From Fibrobacteria bacterium (GTDB taxonomy: Bacteria; Fibrobacterota; Fibrobacteria; UBA11236): DNA of 64,000 nt. Position numbers and translations under genes: made by a program. Numbering within the stretch: the stretch's first letter is position 1; every line of letters begins with the position of its first letter. Shown here piece after piece: positions 55,420 to 64,000 of this stretch. Under the pieces are notes generated by a model. The model was given only the letters and a program-made list of their open reading frames with translations, was not told where the DNA came from and did not search any database. Location: assembly GCA_041746255.1 (NCBI GenBank), contig JBGTHM010000125.1, positions 32,001 through 96,000 on the forward strand, read 5' to 3'.

Positions 55420-56868
55420 ATGAGAATCGAATATTTTATCTCAGCATTATTTATTTCACTAGCGATAGTAGTCAATCCATCCCCTGCGCAAATCCCCACC
55501 AGCGTCGTGCTCAAGCCCGTTTTCGCAGGGCAGATTTCTTTCACTCGACCCGTGTATTTCAACGAAATGCCAGGTAAACCCGAGCATTATATAATCCTGG
55601 AAAGCCATTTAGGTCGTGTTTCCTTGGCGCATCGGGAAAACAACCAATGGGTCAAGAAGGAGTTCCTGAGGATTTCCATAAATAGCAGTCAGCCCGAAAT
55701 GGGTCTGCTCGGTTTCGCTTTCCATCCGGACTTCAAAACGAACCGGAAATATTACCTCAACTACAATCCAACGGGTAAGTTAGCGACGGTAATTGAGGAG
55801 CGCGTGGCCGATGTAACTTTTTTGAAGGATTCCGGGCAGCCTGGGCGCACCATCATGGAATTCGATCAGCCCTACGGAAACCATAACGGCGGCAGTTTGG
55901 AATTCGGGCCGGACGGGTTTCTTTACATTGGAACGGGAGATGGCGGATCGGGCGGTGATCCGCAGAATCGGGCGCAGAACCTGAACGTTATCCTGGGAAA
56001 AATGCTGCGCATCAATGTGAATAGTAAGGACCCCGGAAAAGAATATGCCGTACCAAAGGACAATCCCTTTATCGGCGTAGATAATACCAGACCGGAAATC
56101 TGGGCCTACGGGTTGCGTAACCCTTGGAAATATTCCTTTGACAGTGAAACCCAGGAGTTACTGATAGGCGATGTCGGCCAAAGACATCGGGAAGAAATCA
56201 CCCTGGCAAAAAAAGGCGAAAATTTAGGCTGGAAAATTCGCGAAGGAAATACCTGTTTCAATCCGAATAATGCTACCTCGCCCTTAAACACTTGCAATTT
56301 TAACGGCATGCGCGAACCGATCGTCTCCTTGCCGCGGTCAGAAGCGGAGTCCATCACGGGCGGATATGTATTCCGGGGCAGTCCGGATGCCCGTTTCACC
56401 GGGGTGTACATTTTCGGGGATTATGGCACCCGAAGGATTTGGGGATTGACGCATAAGGACGGGACCTTAATCGAGAGAGTCCAGATAGGAACCGCTTCCG
56501 GCGCGATTTCATCCTTCGGCACCGATTCGCAAGGAAATATCTACGTGGTCACCTTCAACGGAATATTCAAGCTGGAACATGCGGAGCTCCGTCCCGCGGC
56601 AACCTCTGCCCGGAAAACTAATGCCCCCTTCGGTATGGGTAAGTTTCAAGTGGTTAAAAATGCTGCCGGAACCTATTCCGTTTCCTTCCCATCCCCTTCG
56701 CACGAAAGCTTCGACTTCCACCTCTTTCGCACCGACGGTACTCTGGCGATGAAGAAAAATTCCGTCCGCACGTCCCGGAAAATCGAATTGCTAGTGAAAC
56801 CAGGCATGTACATAGCGCGAATAAAAGCGGGGGGAGCCATTAATTCGCAAACGCTTTATCTCGATTAA
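55420..56868 (+). CDS. PQQ-dependent sugar dehydrogenase (GSDH family) with a T9SS-type C-terminal domain
   Basis: EMGLLGFAFHPDF, NHNGG.L.FGPDG.LYI..GDGG, GLRNPWK, GDVGQ; tail FRTDG...PGMYIARIKAG. Start at ATG 55420 after GGAG. Confidence 0.88.
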   Translation: MRIEYFISALFISLAIVVNPSPAQIPTSVVLKPVFAGQISFTRPVYFNEMPGKPEHYIILESHLGRVSLAHRENNQWVKKEFLRISINSSQPEMGLLGFAFHPDFKTNRKYYLNYNPTGKLATVIEERVADVTFLKDSGQPGRTIMEFDQPYGNHNGGSLEFGPDGFLYIGTGDGGSGGDPQNRAQNLNVILGKMLRINVNSKDPGKEYAVPKDNPFIGVDNTRPEIWAYGLRNPWKYSFDSETQELLIGDVGQRHREEITLAKKGENLGWKIREGNTCFNPNNATSPLNTCNFNGMREPIVSLPRSEAESITGGYVFRGSPDARFTGVYIFGDYGTRRIWGLTHKDGTLIERVQIGTASGAISSFGTDSQGNIYVVTFNGIFKLEHAELRPAATSARKTNAPFGMGKFQVVKNAAGTYSVSFPSPSHESFDFHLFRTDGTLAMKKNSVRTSRKIELLVKPGMYIARIKAGGAINSQTLYLD

Positions 56869-56880
56869 TTATCTTAATCC

Positions 56881-58101
56881 ATGCATGAATGGAAACGGCT
56901 AATGTTGCAGCTTCCCGCGTTGACAGCCGCCGTATTCCTGCTTTCCTGTTCCGGCGTCGCAGGTTCCAAAGCCGAAATCGCCTCCCAATCCATTCGCTTC
57001 GAACCCGCCTTCGCAACCGGCGACAAAAATAAATTCCAATACCCGCTGTGGTTCGGCCCGGTGCCTGGCTTGACCGAAGTGTACGCGGTAGTCGAGCGTG
57101 GCACCGGTGCGCGCGATGGCCGCGTGTGGTTGCTGGAAAAAAAGGGGGACGACTGGGATAAATCCCTGTTCCTCTCCGTACCGGTGGAATCGGGCCGCAG
57201 GCAGGGGGAAGAACGGGGATTGCTGGGTTTGGTCTTCCATCCCGAGTTCGCCGAGAACCGTCGCTACTTTATCAACCGGAACCCGCCCAAGACCGGCGCG
57301 CAATCCGATTCGACTTTCATCGAAGAAAGGTGGGCCCGCGACGATTTCCGCGGTGATTCGGGCAGACCTCCCAGACGTATTCTCTCAGTGGCACAGCCCT
57401 ATTGGAATCACAACGGCGGCGGCATGGCCTTCGGTCCCGACGGGTTGCTCTATATCGGAATGGGGGACGGCGGCAGCGGCGGCGATCCGCAGGGCCATGG
57501 CCAAAACCTGGAAACGCTTTTGGGCGCCATGCTGCGCATCGACGTCAACGGCGCAGGAGAGACGGCGCCCTACTCCATCCCCACTGACAATCCCTTCGTA
57601 AACCGGCAAGGCGCCCAACCCGAAATCTGGGCATACGGCTTGCGCAACCCCTGGCGTTTCAGCTTCGACCCCCTGACCGGGGATTTATGGGTAGGCGACG
57701 TAGGGCAGGTCAAGCGCGAGGAAATCAACATTGTAACCGCCGGAGCCAATATGGGATGGGCGATTCGCGAAGGCAATCTCTGCTACCGGCCGCCCACAGG
57801 GTGCCGCGAAGAAGGGTTGACGCCGCCCATCGTCGATTTGGATCGCAATGCCGCGGCCTCCATTACCGGCGGTTATGTCTATCGGGGCGACACGGCATCC
57901 GAATATTACGGCTATTATCTCTTCGGGGATTATCAAACCCGCTATATCTGGGCACTGAAGCAGGAGAACGGGCGGGCCTCCGATTTCAAAAGAGTGGGGC
58001 GGCTACCCGCCATGATGGCGACCTTCGGCGTGGATGTCCGCGGAGAAATCTACGCCGTGGGTTTCGACGACGGTATCGTGTACCGCCTGATTCTACCTTG
58101 A
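56881..58101 (+). CDS. PQQ-dependent sugar dehydrogenase paralog, putative lipoprotein
   Basis: Lipobox FLLSC; ERGLLGLVFHPEF, NHNGG, GLRNPWRFSFD, SITGGYVYRG. Confidence 0.88.
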   Translation: MHEWKRLMLQLPALTAAVFLLSCSGVAGSKAEIASQSIRFEPAFATGDKNKFQYPLWFGPVPGLTEVYAVVERGTGARDGRVWLLEKKGDDWDKSLFLSVPVESGRRQGEERGLLGLVFHPEFAENRRYFINRNPPKTGAQSDSTFIEERWARDDFRGDSGRPPRRILSVAQPYWNHNGGGMAFGPDGLLYIGMGDGGSGGDPQGHGQNLETLLGAMLRIDVNGAGETAPYSIPTDNPFVNRQGAQPEIWAYGLRNPWRFSFDPLTGDLWVGDVGQVKREEINIVTAGANMGWAIREGNLCYRPPTGCREEGLTPPIVDLDRNAAASITGGYVYRGDTASEYYGYYLFGDYQTRYIWALKQENGRASDFKRVGRLPAMMATFGVDVRGEIYAVGFDDGIVYRLILP

Positions 58102-59100
58102 TTACCGGATTTCGCAATCGGTGAGGCAGTCGCCCTGTACGCAGCCGTCTACCTGCAAAGTCAGGTGATCCACCCGGTACTCCTCGTTCAGCTTTTTGGT
58201 GAGGCTTTCCATTACGGCCTTTTGGGAGGTCGTGCCCGGGACGCATTGCACATGGGCGCTGAGGTATAAATCCCTGCCGTTCATGGTCCATAGGTGCAAA
58301 TCGTGCACACTGTCGACCTCCAAGGTTTCCAGCATGGTTTTACGCACATCCTCCAGTTCGACGCCCTCCGGCGTGCCTTCCACCAGAATATGGGCGCTGC
58401 GGCGCATGATGCGATAGCCGCCCAAGGCGATGACGACGGCGATGATGATGCTCAATAACGGATCGATCCACAGCCATCCGCCCAGGATTATCCCTATAGC
58501 CGCCACGACGGCGGCCACGGAGGCGGCCAGGTCTCCCATTACATGCCATAAGGCGCCTTGCAGGTTGAGCGATTTTTCCTCTTCGCCGCGATGCAGCCAC
58601 CAGGCTACGAATACATTGACGAGCAATCCCAGCGAAGCCACCCACAGCATGGGCCAGGCCATAACCTCCTCCGGAGCGAAAAGCCGCTGGACGCCATGGA
58701 AAACGATGAATCCCGCCATCAGGCAAAGGGAAAGCCCATTCGCGAAAGCCGCCAGAATTTCAAAGCGTTTGAAGCCGAAGGTTTTTTCATGCGTGGCGCG
58801 CCTTGTGCCCAGCGAGACCGCCAAGGCGGCTATTCCCAAGGCCACCGCGTCGGTAAGCATATGCAAACCGTCGCTTATCAGGGCCAGGGAATTGAAAAGC
58901 CAGCCGGAGACCACCTCCACCACCATGAATACGGCGATGATGAAAAAGGAGAGTCGCAGCTTGTAAAAAGAAGCGTGCGGAACGTGGAGGATTTCCTCGC
59001 CATGATCATGCGAATGTCCATGGTGGTGATCATGCCGGTGTCCATGACTGTGGCCCTGTTTATGGGCATGGCCTGTTTTTTCGGGATTTTTTTCAGCCAT
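58102..59100 (-). CDS. Cation diffusion facilitator (CzcD/ZitB-like) with a His-rich N-terminus
   Basis: SLALISDGLHMLTD and HVMGD site-A motifs, VHDLHLW, HLTLQ. Confidence 0.93.
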   Translation of the reverse strand: MAEKNPEKTGHAHKQGHSHGHRHDHHHGHSHDHGEEILHVPHASFYKLRLSFFIIAVFMVVEVVSGWLFNSLALISDGLHMLTDAVALGIAALAVSLGTRRATHEKTFGFKRFEILAAFANGLSLCLMAGFIVFHGVQRLFAPEEVMAWPMLWVASLGLLVNVFVAWWLHRGEEEKSLNLQGALWHVMGDLAASVAAVVAAIGIILGGWLWIDPLLSIIIAVVIALGGYRIMRRSAHILVEGTPEGVELEDVRKTMLETLEVDSVHDLHLWTMNGRDLYLSAHVQCVPGTTSQKAVMESLTKKLNEEYRVDHLTLQVDGCVQGDCLTDCEIR

Positions 59101-59106
59101 GGGTTT

Positions 59107-59152
59107 AAAAATAGCAAAAGACCCCTCCCGGGAGCGGAATCCGGAAGGGGTC
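59107..59152 (-). terminator. Intrinsic terminator after the TonB receptor gene
   Basis: Minus strand: gaccccttccgg-attccgctc-ccgggaggggtc (one G-U pair) followed by ttttgctattttt. Confidence 0.75.
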
Positions 59153-59210
59153 GGAGGGTTATGCCGGGATTTCAGGCCCCGGCAAGCGTTAGGGTTGCCT
59201 AAAGTTTGTC

Positions 59211-61466
59211 TTACAAATCGACCCGAATGCCTCCAAAGAAGGTTCTGGGAAGAATGGGCCGTAGTCCGGAAGGAACCCGCGAGGCCACGCCTTGTTCATC
59301 CAAAATATTTTTCACATTGCCGGTAAGGGAGGCATTCCGGGACAGCCGCCAAGCCGCGCCTACATCCACGGTTCCGTAATTGCCGATGCGATCCGAAGGA
59401 TCGATGGTCCCGCTTCCCGCCGTGTTCCGCATAGGGCCCACATAATTTCCGACGGCATCGAGCGAAAGCGCGCCGACATTCAAGCCGCCGCCGACTAGCA
59501 CACGGTGTTCCGCGAGTTGGGGCAGGTTATCACCTTCATTGACGTTGCCCCATAGTGCATAATCGCTATTAAAAGTTGTGAGAAACTCCCCTTGCATGTA
59601 GGTATACGCGGCGCGGACGGGAATACCCACCGGCAGGTTCATCAAGGCGCCGATATCATGACCCGCGGCCAGTTCCACTCCAAAAATACGCGCTTCGCCG
59701 CCATTGTGTTGCTCACCGGTGCTGAGTCCCCCGCCCGCGGCGGATTCGCTGCCGGAGAGATTGTCGTAGAGATTGGCGAAAACGGCGGCCTGGACATTGG
59801 CCGCGCCTGCTCGCAAGCGCGCTCCCAACTCAATGTTCAAGCTTTCCTCGGCCAGGATGCTGTCGTTCTGCCCGGGACCAGGCGGGTCGAAACCTTTATG
59901 CACGCCAGTGAAAACCGTCAAAGCAGCGGTGGGAGCATAGGACAGTCCCAGACCCCATACAAAAACCTCCGTGGAACTTTCCCGGGTGGTGGGATCGCCG
60001 TCACGTTCCGGATCGGTTGCCGCCCAGTCCCGCCTTTCGGAGTCCAGATGCTCATAGCGCACGCCCGGCGACAGGGTGAAGTCAGACCATTTGATGTCGT
60101 CCTGGAGGTATAGCGCCAGCGCATGGGTGGATCCGATGCGGTTATTACCACTGCCGCTGCCGGGAGCGCCGCGCTGGGTCAGCGAAAGCGAACCGTTCAC
60201 CATCTGATACCGGTCGGACCATTGCAGTCGGCCTTCCTCATCATAATGGTAGCGCACGCCCACTTGGAGGGTGTGGTCGAGCATACCCGTAGTCGCTTTC
60301 GCCTGCACGCCGGTTTGCGCGCCCCAAGCGTAATAATTGCGATTGTTCGCCTTCACTTCCAAAGCGCCGGGATCGCTGTCGGCCTGGCCGGAGACAATGT
60401 TATAGGCATTGGCATTGGCGGAAGGGTTGTTCAGTACAGTCGCGATGCCGATTCCAGCCACCTTATCGAGCTTATACCAATTGCGTTGGACATCGTTGCG
60501 ATAGACGCGGGTGGTTATGTCGAGCCAGGAAAGAGGTTGGATGAAGTGCCGGAAGGAAAGCTGGTGCTGCTCCACGTCCAAACGGTCTTCGGCGGAGCCG
60601 GCATAGCGTCGGAGAGGATTGGCCCAGAAGTCGGCTTCGGTCAACCCGAGATAGGTTTCGTGGGAGACTTCGCCCGTGCGGCCCGCCTTGATTTCCGCCT
60701 CTTGATAAATGCTCCATTGCGCCGGAGTGTTCAGGCGGACCTTGAACAGATAGTCCTGTCTATCGAAGCCCGTGGGCGCGGCTTTGATCAAGTCGGGAAA
60801 GCGTTGCGCGGAACCGGGCAATTCCTTGAAACCATCGGTACGTTGCTGGTAGGTTTCGGCCAGCCATCCGAATACCTCTCCGGAGCCGCCGGCGTAACCA
60901 TGGAATTTACCCGATTGATGTTCGCCCAGCGTGAGGTTGAGCCGAGCGGCGCTACCCACCGGAATGGGAGTGGAAACGAAATTGAGGACGCCTCCGGTGG
61001 TGCCGGGTCCGTACAGCACCTGGCTCGAACCCTTGCGCACTTCCACCGAATGCATGCGCCCCACGGCGGGAAAGTAATAAGCGGCCGGCGCGGAATAGGG
61101 CGCGGGCGCGACGAGTATGCCGTCTTCCATCACGGTCACCTTGCCGCTGCGTTCGATGCCGGCACCTCGAATGCCGATGTTGGGGCGGTTGCCGAAGCCT
61201 TCCTCTTCCATGACGTCGACGCCGGGGATTTCCCGCAATACCCGGTGGATATCGGTATAGTCCTGCTTGTCCAGGGTTTTGCGATCGACGATATGGGCGC
61301 TGCCCGCGATTTGCCGGAGACGGGCTTCGGCGCCCACCACTTGCAGCGATTGCATGGTCAGGGTGTCGCGGGCTCTCGCCGGAGAGGTCTCATCGGCATG
61401 GGAAGGTAGCGCGAAAAAGGCTGCGAGGCATAGGCCTGAGGCCGTCGTGCGGAGAAAGGGGGTCAT
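59211..61466 (-). CDS. TonB-dependent receptor, FecA-like family
   Basis: Signal peptide; plug LREIPGV...EEGFGNRPNIGIRG...EDG..VAPAPYSAPAAYYFP; VRKGS...YGP.T.GG; C-terminal PRTFFGGIRVDL; AAGGAG RBS. Confidence 0.92.
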   Translation of the reverse strand: MTPFLRTTASGLCLAAFFALPSHADETSPARARDTLTMQSLQVVGAEARLRQIAGSAHIVDRKTLDKQDYTDIHRVLREIPGVDVMEEEGFGNRPNIGIRGAGIERSGKVTVMEDGILVAPAPYSAPAAYYFPAVGRMHSVEVRKGSSQVLYGPGTTGGVLNFVSTPIPVGSAARLNLTLGEHQSGKFHGYAGGSGEVFGWLAETYQQRTDGFKELPGSAQRFPDLIKAAPTGFDRQDYLFKVRLNTPAQWSIYQEAEIKAGRTGEVSHETYLGLTEADFWANPLRRYAGSAEDRLDVEQHQLSFRHFIQPLSWLDITTRVYRNDVQRNWYKLDKVAGIGIATVLNNPSANANAYNIVSGQADSDPGALEVKANNRNYYAWGAQTGVQAKATTGMLDHTLQVGVRYHYDEEGRLQWSDRYQMVNGSLSLTQRGAPGSGSGNNRIGSTHALALYLQDDIKWSDFTLSPGVRYEHLDSERRDWAATDPERDGDPTTRESSTEVFVWGLGLSYAPTAALTVFTGVHKGFDPPGPGQNDSILAEESLNIELGARLRAGAANVQAAVFANLYDNLSGSESAAGGGLSTGEQHNGGEARIFGVELAAGHDIGALMNLPVGIPVRAAYTYMQGEFLTTFNSDYALWGNVNEGDNLPQLAEHRVLVGGGLNVGALSLDAVGNYVGPMRNTAGSGTIDPSDRIGNYGTVDVGAAWRLSRNASLTGNVKNILDEQGVASRVPSGLRPILPRTFFGGIRVDL

Positions 61467-61485
61467 GGCGAACTGCTCCTTGGTG

Positions 61486-61524
61486 GGTTAAACATTCTCA
61501 ATAAGAATGAGATTCAGTCTCAAT
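61486..61524. promoter_or_regulatory. Fur-family binding box (7-1-7) plus an adjacent half site
   Basis: TGAGATT-C-AGTCTCA at 61508-61522 resembles TGATAAT-n-ATTATCA; a second half site cattctcaat lies at 61493-61502; 20-60 bp upstream of the TonB receptor start. Confidence 0.7.
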
Positions 61525-61597
61525 ATTAATTAAGGATAGATCGAAATGAAATTTGCGGCAAGGGGAGAGTTACGTCAAATCAACAAAGTGCAAGTGG

Positions 61598-62425
61598 CTA
61601 CCCCGGCGAAAATCCTGAAATTTCCTTGAGCAGCCGCGAAAGGCCCTCATTCAGGCGCGAAATCCTTCCCGGCAACGGTTCCAGCGAGGATTCGTCCAGA
61701 TAGAGGTCCCGGTTGATTTCCAACATCAATCCGGGTTTGGCATGCGGGATCCGGGGGTCGGAATGGTGTTCTACGATGAATCCCTCATAGAAGGGATGGT
61801 TGAGGCTCACCCCCCTGGGGCCCTTTGCGTCTGACAGGAGATCTTGGAAAATACTTTCCAGGCGCTCCTTGACGAACCGGGCCATTTCGGGTGAACAGGA
61901 GTTATGGTGGTGATCCGGATGTAACTTGCCGGTTTCGTCCCCGATATTGGCGACGCAAAAAGCCGGTCTGGGATTTCCGCTATCCGGGCCGATAGCCGGC
62001 CCTTGGCCTGACATGGAATGGCAGTCGAGGAAGAACTTTATTTCCGTGCGGGACAGGATTTCCGCCATTGCAGAGTGGTAGGGATCGAAATAACGGCTAA
62101 GACGGCTCTCTCTTTCTTCCTCGGTTAGCTTGAATCCTTCCGGGTAAAACGCGCGGCGCGAGAAATCGGTCATCTTGATGATGCCGTTTTCCCCGTCTTC
62201 GTCTCTACGTCGGTTCAAATCGACTACGAAGCGCGAGACCGGCGCCTTTAGTACGATCGCTGCCTGGATAGCATAAATCGCTTCGGTAAACGGATCGCTT
62301 TCCTGCAACAGCCGGCGCTTCAGCGAAGTTTCGCATTCACCCGTCGCAAGCATCCGGGTCCTGACTTCGGGGGGCACTTCCGTGCTGCCGTGCGGAATGG
62401 AAAGGAGCAGAGGGAGGCTTTGCAT
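61598..62425 (-). CDS. N-formylglutamate amidohydrolase family protein
   Basis: SIPHG, DPFT, SRFVVDLNR, YFDPYH, DCHSM, LEINRDLY. Confidence 0.9.
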   Translation of the reverse strand: MQSLPLLLSIPHGSTEVPPEVRTRMLATGECETSLKRRLLQESDPFTEAIYAIQAAIVLKAPVSRFVVDLNRRRDEDGENGIIKMTDFSRRAFYPEGFKLTEEERESRLSRYFDPYHSAMAEILSRTEIKFFLDCHSMSGQGPAIGPDSGNPRPAFCVANIGDETGKLHPDHHHNSCSPEMARFVKERLESIFQDLLSDAKGPRGVSLNHPFYEGFIVEHHSDPRIPHAKPGLMLEINRDLYLDESSLEPLPGRISRLNEGLSRLLKEISGFSPG

Positions 62426-62447
62426 GGATTTTTTCTCGAGGGTATTT

Positions 62448-63989
62448 TCAGAAAGCGCTGCGGGTAAGTCGTAAGAGTTCGGCCGTGGTCCTATTCAGTT
62501 CGGCGCGCGAAGCGTCGAATTGGTTGACGAAGAGGGCGAAGGCCACCAGCCGGCCCGAATCGGCCTTAAGGTAACCGGCCAAGGCGTAAACACCTTCCAA
62601 TGTGCCGGTTTTGGCATAGAGCTTATCGCTCCATCCTTTACCGTAGAACGATTCCAACCGGCCTTGTTTCTCGCCTCCATTCAGCAAAGATGCGTGAAAA
62701 TGCTGGAAATGAGGTCGAGTGGAAATTCGGGTCAAGAATAAGGTGAAGTCGTCGGCGGCCACCCAGTTATGACGCGAAAGGCCGCTCCCGTCTTTCAGCC
62801 GAGTGCGCTGCAAAGGCATGCCCGTTGACTTCAACGAAGCGGTCAACGCTTGTAAGCCTTCGCTGAGGTCGCCGCGCTTTCCCGCGTGTTTTCCCATCAG
62901 GGCCAGCAATTGCTCGGCATAATTATTGTCGCTCTTTTGGTTGACGTATTTGATGATTTCGCGCATGGGGGGCGAGTAGTGTTCGGCTAATACCCGGTTT
63001 TCCCCTGGGGGAAGCGGTCTGGGAAAGGCTTGGGGGGTTTCCGGGCAAAAGGATGATTGGGATTTATCCGGAGAAAAGCGTATACCTCGGGCCGCAAGAA
63101 ATTGTTGCAACTCGCGGGCGGCGGTCCAATCCGGATGGGGAAGACTGCCTTTGATGGAAAATCTTTTATGGCCCGCCGGGTAAGTGCCTTGTACGAGACG
63201 GGTCGGTCTCAAAAAGGAACCGAAGAGATAGGCCCTATCTCCGCTTCGCGGCGGACCGGTACGCACCCGATTTTCAAAATGGGTGATTCCGGTATGGCGG
63301 GGGCGGGTACCCACAATCTGGGTGGACGCTCCGGGTTTGTCGGAGCCGGTGAAATCCAGCAAGTAAAGGTTGTCGTTGAAGCTCAGGCCGCTGACGATGC
63401 CTCCATAATAATTGCCGATGTCTTCCCACAAAGCGCTGGGGCTCGGCCCCCGCTGTTCGAGATACGCAGCATCGGCGATCACACAACCCGCCACTTCAGA
63501 TATCCCTGCTTTTTTCAATGAATCGGCCCACACCGAAAAAATCGCCGCGGCGCCAAAAGCGGGTCCGAAATGGGCGCTGGCAAAGGCGGGGTCTCCACCG
63601 CCTTTCACGATAAGGTGACCTTTCAGGCGTCCCTGGGAGATTTCGCCCGAGGCCAATAGACGGGTGGTGAAGCGATGGTCCGGGCCGAATTTTTCGAGAG
63701 CGCTAGAGGTGGTGAATAATTTTTGCGTGGAAGCTGGAATCACGGCTTTGAGGCCGTTATAGGAGAAGACGGTTGCTCCGGTAGCCACTTCGCGCACCGA
63801 GTAGCTGAAAGTGGCTTCCGCGGGATAAGCGTTCATTTGCACGCTGAGCGGATTGACTTCGGCGGCGGCGCCCGGTATATTTGCGGACCCTGCGATGAGC
63901 AGGAGAATCGTCGCTAGGCGGAAAAGCACCCATGTGTGAAGGGCGCATCTCGGCAACGGAGGCGCAAGCGGAGGCGAATAGAGACGCAT
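62448..63989 (-). CDS. dacB: D-alanyl-D-alanine carboxypeptidase/endopeptidase PBP4 (peptidase S13)
   Basis: PASTQK (SxxK), GGGDP, KSDN (SxN), DGSGLSR.N, AKTGTL. Confidence 0.95.
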   Translation of the reverse strand: MRLYSPPLAPPLPRCALHTWVLFRLATILLLIAGSANIPGAAAEVNPLSVQMNAYPAEATFSYSVREVATGATVFSYNGLKAVIPASTQKLFTTSSALEKFGPDHRFTTRLLASGEISQGRLKGHLIVKGGGDPAFASAHFGPAFGAAAIFSVWADSLKKAGISEVAGCVIADAAYLEQRGPSPSALWEDIGNYYGGIVSGLSFNDNLYLLDFTGSDKPGASTQIVGTRPRHTGITHFENRVRTGPPRSGDRAYLFGSFLRPTRLVQGTYPAGHKRFSIKGSLPHPDWTAARELQQFLAARGIRFSPDKSQSSFCPETPQAFPRPLPPGENRVLAEHYSPPMREIIKYVNQKSDNNYAEQLLALMGKHAGKRGDLSEGLQALTASLKSTGMPLQRTRLKDGSGLSRHNWVAADDFTLFLTRISTRPHFQHFHASLLNGGEKQGRLESFYGKGWSDKLYAKTGTLEGVYALAGYLKADSGRLVAFALFVNQFDASRAELNRTTAELLRLTRSAF

Positions 63990-64000
63990 TTGCCTCTTTC

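Noticed and set aside
60123..61409. 428-aa plus-strand ORF
   Set aside because: Antisense shadow of the TonB receptor gene; no recognisable motifs.

Overview
A 64-kb, mostly housekeeping chromosomal window of about 44 genes from a Gram-negative bacterium. It is probably Fibrobacterota or another FCB-group member; this is inferred from a PorX-like gene next to tsaE and from T9SS-type C-terminal tails. Left to right: clpC 3' part; a bamA-skp-lpxD / lpxC-fabZ-lpxA envelope cluster split by two opposite-strand CBM35-like paralogs; FGE-sulfatase-domain gene; ppdK with a histone-H1-like tail; degenerate RIC/hemerythrin gene; pdxB; cysE; a GT4 glycosyltransferase; an MCE (Mla/Pqi-like) locus divergent from tolC-like + mlaC; a kinase-porX-like-tsaE operon; serS; a TonB-dependent-receptor-like gene; pgi; a CheB/CheR-kinase + response regulator + hybrid kinase cluster; a DUF349 gene; an accessory stretch (~46.5-55.1 kb); two PQQ-type sugar dehydrogenase paralogs; a CDF transporter; a FecA-like receptor with a Fur-type box; an N-formylglutamate amidohydrolase; dacB. 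The best candidate for an undescribed system is in the accessory stretch: an orphan Hcp (T6SS tube) domain fused to an OmpA-like/peptidoglycan-binding region, followed by an AT-richer putative membrane toxin and immunity pair. Second is the PorX homolog, whose PglZ phosphodiesterase site appears dead and which is coupled to a sensor kinase. No rRNA, tRNA, CRISPR array, transposase or integrase was recognised. All family assignments come from motif recognition by eye, not from database searches.
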